The notes under the pieces were generated by a model. The model had not been told where the DNA came from, searched no databases, and saw only the letters and a list, made by a program, of their open reading frames with translations. A stretch of DNA of 64,000 bases from a virus: IMG/VR virus record IMGVR_UViG_3300042907_001269, positions 1-64,000 of that record; one strand, written 5' to 3'. Below are positions 8,169-18,574 of this stretch, piece after piece (position 1 is the stretch's first letter; every line of letters starts with the position of its first letter). Position numbers and translations under genes: made by a program.

Positions 8169-8996
8169 ATGTTAGATTTTTCTGTAGGATTATCTGGATG
8201 TAAACTTGAATTAATTGATAGTAGAGTACTTAGAAAATATTCTTCATCAATCAATTATAACTCAAGACTTTTTTTGCAAGTTAATAAACAAGTTTTATTT
8301 TCTCATCGAATTTTAAAGAATATAGATACACCCAAAGTTCATAATATTCAGGACGGGTATTTTGATATGGAATACATTCCTGGAAAATCTTTTGTGAAAT
8401 TTTTTTCTACATCTTCTATTAAGGATATAGAATTTGTCATTGATACTTTATTTGAATATTTTGATTCTCTTATTTCAAACTATCGATTGATTAATGTTCA
8501 ATCAAATATTGATGAAAAAATTAAATTTTTAAAAAATAAAACTTATTATAAACATTATTTGGAATACATTGAACTTTTAATTGGCAAGCAAGATGTTTAT
8601 GTTCCTAAAACTTTTTGTCATGGAGATTTAACTTTTAATAATATTATTTTTCATAAAAATAGATTATTTTTTATTGATTTTCTTGACTGTTATGTTGATA
8701 GTTTTATTTCTGATCTTGTCAAATTGAAACAAGATCTTTACCATCTCTGGGGTATCAAAACCCAAAACATACAGTCAAATAGATTGGAGCAAATTTATAA
8801 ACATATCTGGAATCAACTTTATTATAGATACTCTAAATTTATTGATACTGATGAATTTGATATTTTAGAAGCAATGAATAGTTTGAGAATTGAACCTTAC
8901 TTGACTTTTTCTGATCAAAGAAGTATACTTGATACAATGGTAAAATCGTCAAAGTTATATGCGGACTTTAATAATTCCTATGGCGGGAAGGTCTAG
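8169..8996 (+). CDS. APH/choline-kinase-like phosphotransferase
   Basis: MEYIPG, CHGDLTFNNII, FIDFLD motifs. Confidence 0.8.
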   Translation: MLDFSVGLSGCKLELIDSRVLRKYSSSINYNSRLFLQVNKQVLFSHRILKNIDTPKVHNIQDGYFDMEYIPGKSFVKFFSTSSIKDIEFVIDTLFEYFDSLISNYRLINVQSNIDEKIKFLKNKTYYKHYLEYIELLIGKQDVYVPKTFCHGDLTFNNIIFHKNRLFFIDFLDCYVDSFISDLVKLKQDLYHLWGIKTQNIQSNRLEQIYKHIWNQLYYRYSKFIDTDEFDILEAMNSLRIEPYLTFSDQRSILDTMVKSSKLYADFNNSYGGKV

Positions 8997-10017
8997 TCGT
9001 TTCCCAAATATGAGACCAAAATGGATGCTAACACATCCAATGACTAATAGATTTATGGTCACAGAATCTATATTAGGATTAAATTTAGATTTTTTTGAAA
9101 GTATATATTTTATTTGCCTTCAAGAACATGAAGACAAATATAATTTTATAAAAGGTTTTACTGAAGAACTTGAAGAACTTCAATTAAATAAAAAATCAAA
9201 TATTATTCTACTATCCAATCAAACTAAATCTCAGTCAGAGACTGTTTATAATTTTTTAAATAAAAATTCATTAGATGGATTCATTTTTATTAAAGATTCT
9301 GATGGATATTATGAATGTGAATTGGTAGAAGAAAAAAACCAAATTGCATATTTTGATTTAAATGATATGGATGATATTAATGCTAGAACTAAAAGTTATA
9401 TTGAACTTGATATTAATGAAATAGTAACTAATATTGTAGAAAAACAAGTTATTAGTTCTACTTTTTCCAGTGGTGGATATGCTTTCTCTGATGCAAAAGA
9501 ATTTTGTGTTACCTATGAGAAACTAAAAGACATGGAAGGTGAGTGCTATATTAGCCATATTATATTTGAGATGATGTTATCTGGTTCTACTTTTTATGGT
9601 CTTAAAACTTTTAATTTTAAAGATTGGGGAACGCTTGAATCTTGGAACAAGTACAAATCTCAATATAAGTGTTTATTTGTTGATATCGATGGAACTTTGG
9701 TAACAAACTCCTCTATACATTTTCCACCTTATATTGGTAATGCCGATCCTCTTCAAGACAATATTAATTATTTAAATTCTTTATATGCATCAGGTAAAGT
9801 AAAAATAATTTTGACAACAAGTAGACCAAAACATATGAAAGATATAACGGTCTCTGAATTAGAAGAAAAAAATATTTTATATGATGAACTAGTTATGGGA
9901 TTACCTCATTGTAAGAGAGTGATCATCAATGATTTTGCAAAAAGTAATCCATATCCTTCTTGCGAGGCAATTAATATACCAAGAAATAGTGATAATTTAA
10001 AGGAGTTCTTAAAATGA
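8959..10017 (+). CDS. nucleotidyltransferase-like (GT-A) domain fused to HAD phosphatase
   Basis: LIIPMAGRSSRF..PK, IVEK, DWGT; C-terminal FVDIDGTL, TTSR, INDF. Confidence 0.8.
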   Translation: MRTLIIPMAGRSSRFPNMRPKWMLTHPMTNRFMVTESILGLNLDFFESIYFICLQEHEDKYNFIKGFTEELEELQLNKKSNIILLSNQTKSQSETVYNFLNKNSLDGFIFIKDSDGYYECELVEEKNQIAYFDLNDMDDINARTKSYIELDINEIVTNIVEKQVISSTFSSGGYAFSDAKEFCVTYEKLKDMEGECYISHIIFEMMLSGSTFYGLKTFNFKDWGTLESWNKYKSQYKCLFVDIDGTLVTNSSIHFPPYIGNADPLQDNINYLNSLYASGKVKIILTTSRPKHMKDITVSELEEKNILYDELVMGLPHCKRVIINDFAKSNPYPSCEAINIPRNSDNLKEFLK

Positions 10018-11003
10018 AAATACTTTTAACAGGAGCGGCAGGTGGAATAGGATCTACTTTAGGATATTACTTATATAAAAAAGGACACATACTTACATTT
10101 ATTGATAATTTAAGAAATGGATATTTGGAAAATTTAACCATTAACGGTGAAACTTTTGGAAAATTTTATAATCTTAGTATTTGTAATTCTAATCTAAATG
10201 AATTAATCAAAGATGATTATGATTGTATTATTCATCTTGCCGCTATTACCGCACTTCCTGATTGTGAAACTAATGCAGTTGAAACTATTAATGTAAATGT
10301 TTCTGGAACAATGAATATTCTTGAATGTGCTAGGAAATGGAATGTTCCCCATGTAATTTTTGCAAGTACAAGTGCAGTTTACGAGAATAATAAAGAAAAA
10401 GTTTTTACTGAAGATTTAAAAGTAAATCCAAGACTTTGGTATTCTTTATCTAAAAAAATGTCTGAGGAAGTTTGCGAATCATACCGATTAAATTATGGTA
10501 TGCCAGTTACTACACTCAGATTTTTTAATGTATTTGGTCCAAGACAAGATATTCATAGAAAACACCCACCTTTGATTAACTATATTGTTAGGGAAATTAT
10601 GAATAATAATTCTCCAATACTACATTCTAATGGTGAACAGAGTAGAGATTATATTCATGTTGATGATGTTGTCAAATTGATTGATTTATGTTTAGAGAAA
10701 AAACCAGATGATACCTTTAATGTTTGTACGGGGACACTTGTTTCTGTAAATCAAATCGCAAGTTATATCTGTGAAGTGTTTAACACAAATATTAAACCAA
10801 TTTATAGAGAAGCATCAAAACTTTGGGATAATTATCCAGAACTATTCGATGGGTTTTATTCACTCGATAAGCAAATTGTTGCAAAAGAAACCAATAAATA
10901 TTCTAAGGGAACTTATCAAAAAGCAAAACAAATTTTGGGATGGGAACCTAATACAAATATTGAATTTTTAATTAAAAAAGTGGTAAAAGAAATTTCCTTA
11001 TGA
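10014..11003 (+). CDS. NAD-dependent sugar epimerase/dehydratase
   Basis: TGAAGGIG, HLAA, YSLSK, RFFNVFGPRQ, RDYIHVDD. Confidence 0.92.
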   Translation: MKILLTGAAGGIGSTLGYYLYKKGHILTFIDNLRNGYLENLTINGETFGKFYNLSICNSNLNELIKDDYDCIIHLAAITALPDCETNAVETINVNVSGTMNILECARKWNVPHVIFASTSAVYENNKEKVFTEDLKVNPRLWYSLSKKMSEEVCESYRLNYGMPVTTLRFFNVFGPRQDIHRKHPPLINYIVREIMNNNSPILHSNGEQSRDYIHVDDVVKLIDLCLEKKPDDTFNVCTGTLVSVNQIASYICEVFNTNIKPIYREASKLWDNYPELFDGFYSLDKQIVAKETNKYSKGTYQKAKQILGWEPNTNIEFLIKKVVKEISL

Positions 11004-11743
11004 AAATTGCATTATGTTTGTCTGGTCAACCACGTAATGCCATACAAACTTCTCAAAGAATTAAACAAACTCTCATAGATGGTAATGATGTAGACGTTTT
11101 TCTACATTGTTGGTATGATCCTAATAATCTAGATTATGGCAAAAGAACTCCAGGGCATTGGGGTAGATCTTGTGACATTGATATGGATAAAAAACTTTTA
11201 GATATCTATGCTCCAAAATCTTTTTACTTTGAAAAACCAAAACATTGGGAAAATTCAAATATTAAAGTAACAGAAGAAAACATTAAAAAATGTTTTGATT
11301 ATGGGTTGGATGATCCAAATGGAATAGAATTTTTTGAAAAGTATACTATTGATAGATGCCATAGTCAATGCTATAGTAAAATGGTGGTCAATTTTCTTAG
11401 GGAAAATTATTCTATTGAAAATAATGTAAAGTATGATTTTGTAATTACTTTAAGATATGATGTAAGCCCTTCTGTTAAGATAGATTTTTTAAATTCAAAA
11501 TTTGAATCAGATATCTTATATTATCAAGATTTAAATCAACCTTCAGGTATGATTAGTGATTGGTTTGGAATGGGATCTCCTAAAATTATGAATGTTTGGA
11601 GTAGTCTATATTATCATTTTGAACCAGTTTATCATCAAGTAATGTCTGAAGAAAATATTTGGTGTGTTGAATTATTACTTAGAAATCATTTAAAAAATAA
11701 TCAAATTAAAACAAAGTCATTAGATTTGGGGGTATCATTTTGA
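11000..11743 (+). CDS. putative glycosyltransferase
   Basis: KIALCLSGQPR, DVFLHCW, YDFVITLRYD pattern; cluster context. Confidence 0.6.
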   Translation: MKIALCLSGQPRNAIQTSQRIKQTLIDGNDVDVFLHCWYDPNNLDYGKRTPGHWGRSCDIDMDKKLLDIYAPKSFYFEKPKHWENSNIKVTEENIKKCFDYGLDDPNGIEFFEKYTIDRCHSQCYSKMVVNFLRENYSIENNVKYDFVITLRYDVSPSVKIDFLNSKFESDILYYQDLNQPSGMISDWFGMGSPKIMNVWSSLYYHFEPVYHQVMSEENIWCVELLLRNHLKNNQIKTKSLDLGVSF

Positions 11744-12738
11744 AACATAAAAGAGTTATTGTGTGGGGGTATAAATTATATTCTCATACACATTCATATA
11801 TTCATTCCGGATATTATAATGCTTTTAAGGCACTTGGATATGAAACTTATTGGATTGATGGTTCAGATAATTTTGATCCTCAACTGTTTAATGATGCTTT
11901 AATTTTTACTGAACAGTGGGCAGTTATTGGAAACCCAAATATTCCTCTATTCAGTAATTCAACTTATGCAGTTCATTATATTGGAAACAAAGATAATCGT
12001 GTAGAAGGTAATCCTGGAGCAGGCGCTTATCTTGGTAAGGTTGGACGATTGATTGATGTTAGATATAATGCTGATAAATGGGTTGATAAAAATTACAACT
12101 ATTCTTTAGACCGCAGTAAAGCAACAAAGATTGGTGCTGGTTGTTATTTTGAGAAAGGTTCGGAGTATGATTATTTTTATACAACCTGGGCAACTGACCT
12201 ATTGCCCGATGAAATAAATTTAGAAGATATGTATATTCCCAAAGAAAATTATGTATTCTTTGCCGGAACAATTGGTGGTGGTCAAGGTGGTCCAAAAGAT
12301 TGTAAAACTGCACCACCTGAGTATGATAATTTAGTTTATTTAAATCCTTTTATTCGGGCTTGTGAAGAGAAAGGTCTTGAATTTAAGTATAACTGCCCTT
12401 GGATTAGTCCTCAATCTTTTGAAGAACAGAGGAAAATAATTCAAAAATCTTATCTTGCGCCCGATGTAAGACACAAAGCATTTAAAGAGTGGGGTTATAT
12501 TCCTTGTAGGAATTTCAAAAACATTAGTTATGGTCAACTGGGAATTACTAATTCAAAACCAGTATATGAATTTTTTGATGGTAATATCATTTATAATGAG
12601 GATACATATCAATTATTCTTTGATGCTCAAAAAGAAAAAGAGAACTATGACTTAATTAAATCTCAAATGCTTTTTGTTAAAGAAAATCATACTTATATAA
12701 ACAGAGTTAAAGAACTTATTGAAGTAGTTAATTATTGA
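11740..12738 (+). CDS. putative GT-B glycosyltransferase
   Basis: HTHSYIH, GYIPCRNFKNISYG, HTYINR C-terminal motif. Confidence 0.6.
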   Translation: MKHKRVIVWGYKLYSHTHSYIHSGYYNAFKALGYETYWIDGSDNFDPQLFNDALIFTEQWAVIGNPNIPLFSNSTYAVHYIGNKDNRVEGNPGAGAYLGKVGRLIDVRYNADKWVDKNYNYSLDRSKATKIGAGCYFEKGSEYDYFYTTWATDLLPDEINLEDMYIPKENYVFFAGTIGGGQGGPKDCKTAPPEYDNLVYLNPFIRACEEKGLEFKYNCPWISPQSFEEQRKIIQKSYLAPDVRHKAFKEWGYIPCRNFKNISYGQLGITNSKPVYEFFDGNIIYNEDTYQLFFDAQKEKENYDLIKSQMLFVKENHTYINRVKELIEVVNY

Positions 12739-12743
12739 TTATT

Positions 12744-14249
12744 ATGTATCTATTATCTTTTTGCTCCGAAGGTCCACCATATGATGAGGGATTTTCTTTG
12801 TTAGAAACATCTAACCAAATTAAAGAACGTTTAGCGCCATTTTTTGAAGATATTTTTGTTCATACAAAACGAACTTTAAAACTTCTTCCTAATAGTGAAG
12901 ACATTTGTAATTGTTATGATGAACCTTTAGATCAAAATACTCATGTTCACAATTTTGGTTATTTTGACTTTAAACCATTTTTGATTGATTATACGCTAAA
13001 AAATATACCAGAAGGTTCTTTACTTTTATACCACGACGGTAATTTTGTTAAGAACGAACAGTATTGGCAAACTGATTGGGAGAACATTACATCCATTTCT
13101 GAAACTATGTTGAGTGAGAACTCAAGTGATGTTTGGTTTCAGATGGAAAGGGAAGGTTGTTATGTAAAGTCATCTGTTAAAGAATATACATTAGATTATT
13201 TCTTCAGTGAAGATGAAAAACGAGTAGTGAAAAATTCACATCTCATCAATGCTGCAAGAGTCCTAGTAAGAAATAATAATTTTGGAAGAAAATTTATTTC
13301 TGAGTATCTTGACTTATGTAAGAATAAAGATTTAATTGCAAAGAGTCCCAATCATAATCCAGACCCAGAATTTCAATGGTCTTGTGGCGATCAAGATGTT
13401 TTGAATTGTTTGGTGTACCGATATATACTAGATGGAAAATTACCTAGAACTTTTCCAAGATTTTCTTTCTTATATCGGGTGTTAAGATACGAAAATAGAC
13501 CATTTCTTTGGAGTGGTGTAAATAATGATAACTACCATTTTACTGGTATTAGCGAATTAAAAAATACGGAATTATTAAATTATATGGAAAACGACTTACT
13601 TGAAATTAAAGAAGATGAAATACTTTCATTTTTAAATCTTGATAAACTAAATCAAAAAACTGACTTATGTGAAATATTCTATAAGTATGGGTGTTGGAAG
13701 GGATTATTAGGAAAAGACTCCGATCCTGGGTGGCACAATTATTCATCTTTATATGATTATCTTTTTAATCATTTGAGAAATGAAAATCTCAATATTTTTG
13801 AAGTTGGAATTTATCATGGAGATTCTGCTAAAAGTTGGAGAGAATATTTTCCAAAATCTAAAATATATTTTGGAGACGTAAATGATGAATTTTTTTCTCA
13901 TGTAGAAAATATAAATGATGTGCAATGTTTTCATTGCGATCAAGATGATCCACATTCCATACAAAATATGTGGACGAATTCTTCTTTAGTTGGTGTGAAG
14001 TTTGATATTATTATGGACGACGGTAAACATGAATTTAGTTCTAATTTAAATTTCTTTAGAGAATCCATCCATAAACTTAAAGAAGGAGGTATATTTATTA
14101 TTGAGGATCTAACATTTCCAACTTATTATGCTTTTGAAAATATTATTAATCAACTGCAGAATGATTATTCTCTAAACTATGTAAAACTTATGAAGTTACC
14201 TCATGAAAAAAATAACATTGATAATAACATTCTTTTAGTAATTAAATAG
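12744..14249 (+). CDS. putative glycosyltransferase fused to class I SAM methyltransferase
   Basis: N-half FKPFLI, LYHDG, DQDVLN; C-half IFEVGIYHGDS, FDIIMDDGKH, GGIFIIEDL. Confidence 0.7.
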   Translation: MYLLSFCSEGPPYDEGFSLLETSNQIKERLAPFFEDIFVHTKRTLKLLPNSEDICNCYDEPLDQNTHVHNFGYFDFKPFLIDYTLKNIPEGSLLLYHDGNFVKNEQYWQTDWENITSISETMLSENSSDVWFQMEREGCYVKSSVKEYTLDYFFSEDEKRVVKNSHLINAARVLVRNNNFGRKFISEYLDLCKNKDLIAKSPNHNPDPEFQWSCGDQDVLNCLVYRYILDGKLPRTFPRFSFLYRVLRYENRPFLWSGVNNDNYHFTGISELKNTELLNYMENDLLEIKEDEILSFLNLDKLNQKTDLCEIFYKYGCWKGLLGKDSDPGWHNYSSLYDYLFNHLRNENLNIFEVGIYHGDSAKSWREYFPKSKIYFGDVNDEFFSHVENINDVQCFHCDQDDPHSIQNMWTNSSLVGVKFDIIMDDGKHEFSSNLNFFRESIHKLKEGGIFIIEDLTFPTYYAFENIINQLQNDYSLNYVKLMKLPHEKNNIDNNILLVIK

Positions 14250-14250
14250 T

Positions 14251-14997
14251 ATGGACTTAGGTGTATTTTATATCTGCTACAAAGAGCAGGCGGCGATTGA
14301 GTATTCTTTGGAAAAATTTAGACAATTTTACCCAGAAAATCCAATTTATCTTGTTTCTGATAATGGTTTAGATTTTTCTTATCTAAAAGAAAATTTTGGA
14401 AATATTGAGACTATAAAAGAAACTACGGAGGTAGTTGGTATTGCTAGAGATGTAGATCAATATATTAGAGAAAACTCTGGAGATATTGACCTTTTTATGG
14501 GAATCTCACTTGAGTTTTTGAGAAGACTAAAAAATGGATGTGACTTTTGTAAAACCGAATATATGGTTTTAATGGAACCAGATGTTTTGGTACGAGGAGA
14601 GTTGCATCCATTTGATGCTGATCTTGTCGGACCAACGGCGAATGTAATGCCCAAAATCATTCAGAAATATGTTATAATGAATGGAGGTAAAAATAATGGA
14701 ACTTGGGGCCCCGCTGGCGGTGTCATGAAAACATCTTCATTTTATGGGATGTATGATAAGTTGATGAATGATCTTGATAAACTTTCTGGTGGTTTGGAAT
14801 TGGATCCAAGAATGATTTGTTATGATTACTTACTTGCTTTTCTTTTTTCTTTATTTGGGTATACTTATACCGATAATCCAGACCAAACTGAGTGTATCAG
14901 AAATCCAAATTGGAAAAACTCTGGTCATCCATTATTGCATCAACATAGAGAACTTTATTCAACTAATTACGGAGGAAAATGGCAAAATACAAAATAG
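14251..14997 (+). CDS. putative GT-A glycosyltransferase
   Basis: IYLVSDNG, MEPDV motif; cluster context. Confidence 0.6.
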   Translation: MDLGVFYICYKEQAAIEYSLEKFRQFYPENPIYLVSDNGLDFSYLKENFGNIETIKETTEVVGIARDVDQYIRENSGDIDLFMGISLEFLRRLKNGCDFCKTEYMVLMEPDVLVRGELHPFDADLVGPTANVMPKIIQKYVIMNGGKNNGTWGPAGGVMKTSSFYGMYDKLMNDLDKLSGGLELDPRMICYDYLLAFLFSLFGYTYTDNPDQTECIRNPNWKNSGHPLLHQHRELYSTNYGGKWQNTK

Positions 14998-15662
14998 CCA
15001 ACTTTAGTAAAGATCCAGCAGGTTGGGAGCATGGTAATCCCTTTCATGGAGACACTTACATTATTGATACTGTTTATGAGTGTATGAAAGATTCGGATAT
15101 TTTTATTGAAACCGGAACTGCTTATGCTGAAAGTTCCTATTTTATTGCTGATAATTTTTCGGACAAAAAGGTATATACCTGTGAGATTGATGACTACAGA
15201 TATTCGGTGTCTTATGATATCTTAAAGGATTTTAAGAATGTTGATATGCAAAAAATGCCATCACCAGAAATTCTTCATTATGTCTTTGCCAAAGAACCAG
15301 ATCTAAAAGATAAGAAAACCGTTTTTTGGTTCGATGCACATGGGGAGTGGATGGAAAAAGGACAGCATATGTATTCCTGGCCCTTGTTTGATGAAGTCAA
15401 TTTTGTAACTACTAATCTTAAAAATTATACAATTTTTATTGACGACTTCCAAAACCCATATGTTTCACATGCTAAGTATGATGTTTGTGGTGGAAAAATT
15501 TGTGGACCATCCGAAGTTATGGGAGCATTGAATAGGGCTAAATTATATGTCCCAACATATACTGATGTTACCTCAGAGTATCACGAAGATATTGTTGGAG
15601 TTGGATTGATTACTGATATGGAGGTTATTGAAAACTCAGCACAGTGGAAAGAGGTTGTTTGA
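14979..15662 (+). CDS. SAM-dependent methyltransferase
   Basis: FIETGT, CEID, FWFDAH, IFIDD. Confidence 0.75.
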   Translation: MAKYKIANFSKDPAGWEHGNPFHGDTYIIDTVYECMKDSDIFIETGTAYAESSYFIADNFSDKKVYTCEIDDYRYSVSYDILKDFKNVDMQKMPSPEILHYVFAKEPDLKDKKTVFWFDAHGEWMEKGQHMYSWPLFDEVNFVTTNLKNYTIFIDDFQNPYVSHAKYDVCGGKICGPSEVMGALNRAKLYVPTYTDVTSEYHEDIVGVGLITDMEVIENSAQWKEVV

Positions 15663-15663
15663 A

Positions 15664-16329
15664 ATGAATTTTAATAGTAAATTATTGAATGCAATTGATT
15701 TAGAGTTTTGTAGAAGTAAAGTTAAAGAGTATGGGTATCTTCAAAAATTTCCCCATGTTACTTGGGAAAATGATGATGCTCTGATGAAGTGGTGTTTAAT
15801 CGCAGATTATTTTGAAAAACTAGATCAAACTGGAAAAACTATCGTAGATCTTGGATGTTCTAGTTCTCCCCTACCTCATATCATCTCTTCATTGGGTCAT
15901 GATGTAACCGGAATTGATATTAGCGATGTTAGTCATTCATTTTCCGGAAGTTTAGTTCGGATGGTTTTGAATGATGCTCTTGCTGAAGTTAAGGATATGG
16001 AAAATAATTCAGTAGATTATTTTATAGATTCTTGCGCTGTAACACATTTTAATGGATCTCATACTAATAAAATTAATAATCAGGGATGGAAAGATATTGC
16101 AGAACAAGTTTATAGAGTCCTCAAACCTGGCGGTAAATTTATTATTGTTTCTGATGTTGATGTTGAAAATAAATTTGGTGAGTTTATTAAACCGGAATTA
16201 GTTGTTAAACTGATTGAATCATCGGGTTTAACTTTGATAGGTTCTTGTGATTATTCTGAACCAGATCCTTTTACAATTCATTGTGGGAAATATACTCTAC
16301 AAGTTGCAAATTTTATTTTTGAAAAATGA
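15664..16329 (+). CDS. class I SAM methyltransferase
   Basis: IVDLGC, GIDI, RVLKPGG. Confidence 0.85.
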   Translation: MNFNSKLLNAIDLEFCRSKVKEYGYLQKFPHVTWENDDALMKWCLIADYFEKLDQTGKTIVDLGCSSSPLPHIISSLGHDVTGIDISDVSHSFSGSLVRMVLNDALAEVKDMENNSVDYFIDSCAVTHFNGSHTNKINNQGWKDIAEQVYRVLKPGGKFIIVSDVDVENKFGEFIKPELVVKLIESSGLTLIGSCDYSEPDPFTIHCGKYTLQVANFIFEK

Positions 16330-17204
16330 ATTGCGCTTTTTTATTTTCTGGACAACCTATTTTTTATGATGAAAATATTAGTTATTTTTCCAATTATCAG
16401 ATAGATGAAAATGATAAGGTTTGCTCTCATCTTTGGTGGGATAAATCTTATCATGAAAAAGTTTATAAGTTATGGTTTACTGATCGGTTTGGTGATGAAA
16501 ATTTAGATAAACAATTTATAGAAAGATATAAGGTAACTGATTGTAGCGTTGAAAAGTATAAAGATTTTGATATTACATTCTTTAAAAAATTTAATTTTGA
16601 TGTTTGGAAGGGTGAAAGTATAGAGCATTATAAAATCATTACTCCAATAGTTTTATATGGTCTTCTAAGTCAAACTTATTCCAACTATCAAGCATTTTTA
16701 CAAACTAAAAAATATAATGATATTGATGTCGTTATTAAATCTAGACCAGATGTTATTTTAACTAAACCAATTAAAGATATATTATCCCAGGTTACTCTAG
16801 AGTCAAATACAATATATTTTCAAAGTTCAATGAATGGTGGTCATTTGTATGCTGGAGAGTTTCCTAATAATCCTTGCGATTGGTTTTTCTTGGGAAAACC
16901 AGAATCTATGGAAAAGTTTTTATCTGGATGGTATGAATTTATTCCAAGTGTTTATGAAAATGGCGTAATTCATGTAAGAGACTATTGTATAGAAGTTTGC
17001 TCTAGGAAAAATTTAAAAATCGGATTGGGTGACTTTGGAGCGATCATATATAAACAAGCAACAGATTGGTATGAGAAATATAAAATTGATTCCAAATTTT
17101 ATATTCATAATTTTGACTACGAATCTTGCAAACCTTTACAAGTTAATATGTGGCCAAATTGGGTTGAGCATGTTAACTTTGAACATTTTAAAAATATGAA
17201 ATAA
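16326..17204 (+). CDS. putative glycosyltransferase (paralog-like of 11000..11743)
   Basis: AFLFSGQP, HLWW, DVVIKSRPD, DWFFLG. Confidence 0.55.
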   Translation: MNCAFLFSGQPIFYDENISYFSNYQIDENDKVCSHLWWDKSYHEKVYKLWFTDRFGDENLDKQFIERYKVTDCSVEKYKDFDITFFKKFNFDVWKGESIEHYKIITPIVLYGLLSQTYSNYQAFLQTKKYNDIDVVIKSRPDVILTKPIKDILSQVTLESNTIYFQSSMNGGHLYAGEFPNNPCDWFFLGKPESMEKFLSGWYEFIPSVYENGVIHVRDYCIEVCSRKNLKIGLGDFGAIIYKQATDWYEKYKIDSKFYIHNFDYESCKPLQVNMWPNWVEHVNFEHFKNMK

Positions 17205-17205
17205 A

Positions 17206-17778
17206 ATGGCAAAATCATTCAAACAAAAAGCAAAAGAAATCATCCAACATTACAGTTCTACCCCTTGGACTGGTTGTAGTGATAAAGGATCAGATCATTC
17301 TTACGAACTTTTTTATCCGGAAGTATTTGAAAAAGTCAAAGATAATAAAGATCTTTGTATCTTGGAGGTGGGAGTATCTTCTGGATATAGTTTGAGAATG
17401 TGGAGAGACATTTTTTCGGATACAACTAAAATTTATGGATTTGATAAAGAATATTCGAATCTCCAACTTACAGAAGAAGAGAGGGAACGATTTATTTTCT
17501 TACCTGAGGGATCGCAAGATGATCCAAGTTTATTTGAAAACTGTCCACAATTTGATTTAATTATTGATGATGCTTCTCATGATCCAGGTCTTACATTAAA
17601 AACTTGGAACATTCTTAAATCAAAACTTAAGCCAGGTGGTTATTATATTATTGAAGATGTTGATGATAATCCAGGATGGAAAGTCTCTGAATATCTTGAT
17701 ACTTTTGAAATTGTTGATTTGAGGGTAAATAAAAATAAGTATGATGATATCGTCTATCTTTATAAAAATGAAAACTGA
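17206..17778 (+). CDS. class I SAM methyltransferase (sugar O-methyltransferase-like)
   Basis: DKGSDHSY, LEVGVSSGYS, FDLIIDDASH, LKPGGYYIIED. Confidence 0.85.
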   Translation: MAKSFKQKAKEIIQHYSSTPWTGCSDKGSDHSYELFYPEVFEKVKDNKDLCILEVGVSSGYSLRMWRDIFSDTTKIYGFDKEYSNLQLTEEERERFIFLPEGSQDDPSLFENCPQFDLIIDDASHDPGLTLKTWNILKSKLKPGGYYIIEDVDDNPGWKVSEYLDTFEIVDLRVNKNKYDDIVYLYKNEN

Positions 17779-18574
17779 TTTTGTAATTATTACATCTCTT
17801 TATAATGTTCAAGAACTACAAAGAGATGATAATAGAAGTTGGGAAGATTATCTTGAATGGTTTTCAAAGACACTGCAAATAAAATGTCCTTTTATTATCT
17901 TCACAGAAGAGTCTCTGGTTGAAACGATCAAAGAAGTCAGACAAGATTTGCCAACTGAAATTATTACTGAACCACTAGAACAAATACCATATTTTCATCT
18001 GAAAGATTCAATTCAGGAAGTTATCGATTCTGAATTTTATAAAGAAAATATGGCAGACACAAATAGAGTTGAGTGTAATTATTCAATGTATCCTGTCATT
18101 CAATATTCTAAATTTAAGTGGTTGAAAAAAGCATCTGAGATTAATCCTTTTAACTCTAAATTTTTCTTTTGGTTAGATGCAGGTGCCAGTCGATTTTTAT
18201 ATGATTGTAATCTTGAAAATGATTATCCCAGTGAAGATGCTCTTCAAGCACTGGAACAAATTGACAATACCTTCTTAATCCAGTATAATACTGAATGTTA
18301 TCCTGACCTTGTAAATCCTCAAACATTATCCGAAAGTTATTTTTGGGATAATCGTTCTTTTATCTGTGGAAGTATGTTTGGTGGAAATAAAACTGCCGTT
18401 GAAAATATCGGCAATGAAATTGATAATATTTTGAATTATATGATTGAGAATAAAAATGTAAATAATGAACAAATAGCAATTGGATATCTCTGTAAAATAA
18501 AAGAGAATCTTTTTACTAAGTTTAATAGGGTTAATGGTAAGAATCATCTTTGTTTATTTCAAGAAATGGTATGA
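17768..18574 (+). CDS. HtrL/YibB (WlaTC)-like glycan biosynthesis protein
   Basis: NPFNSKFFFWLDAG, ICGSMFGG, NNEQI motifs. Confidence 0.7.
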   Translation: MKTDFVIITSLYNVQELQRDDNRSWEDYLEWFSKTLQIKCPFIIFTEESLVETIKEVRQDLPTEIITEPLEQIPYFHLKDSIQEVIDSEFYKENMADTNRVECNYSMYPVIQYSKFKWLKKASEINPFNSKFFFWLDAGASRFLYDCNLENDYPSEDALQALEQIDNTFLIQYNTECYPDLVNPQTLSESYFWDNRSFICGSMFGGNKTAVENIGNEIDNILNYMIENKNVNNEQIAIGYLCKIKENLFTKFNRVNGKNHLCLFQEMV

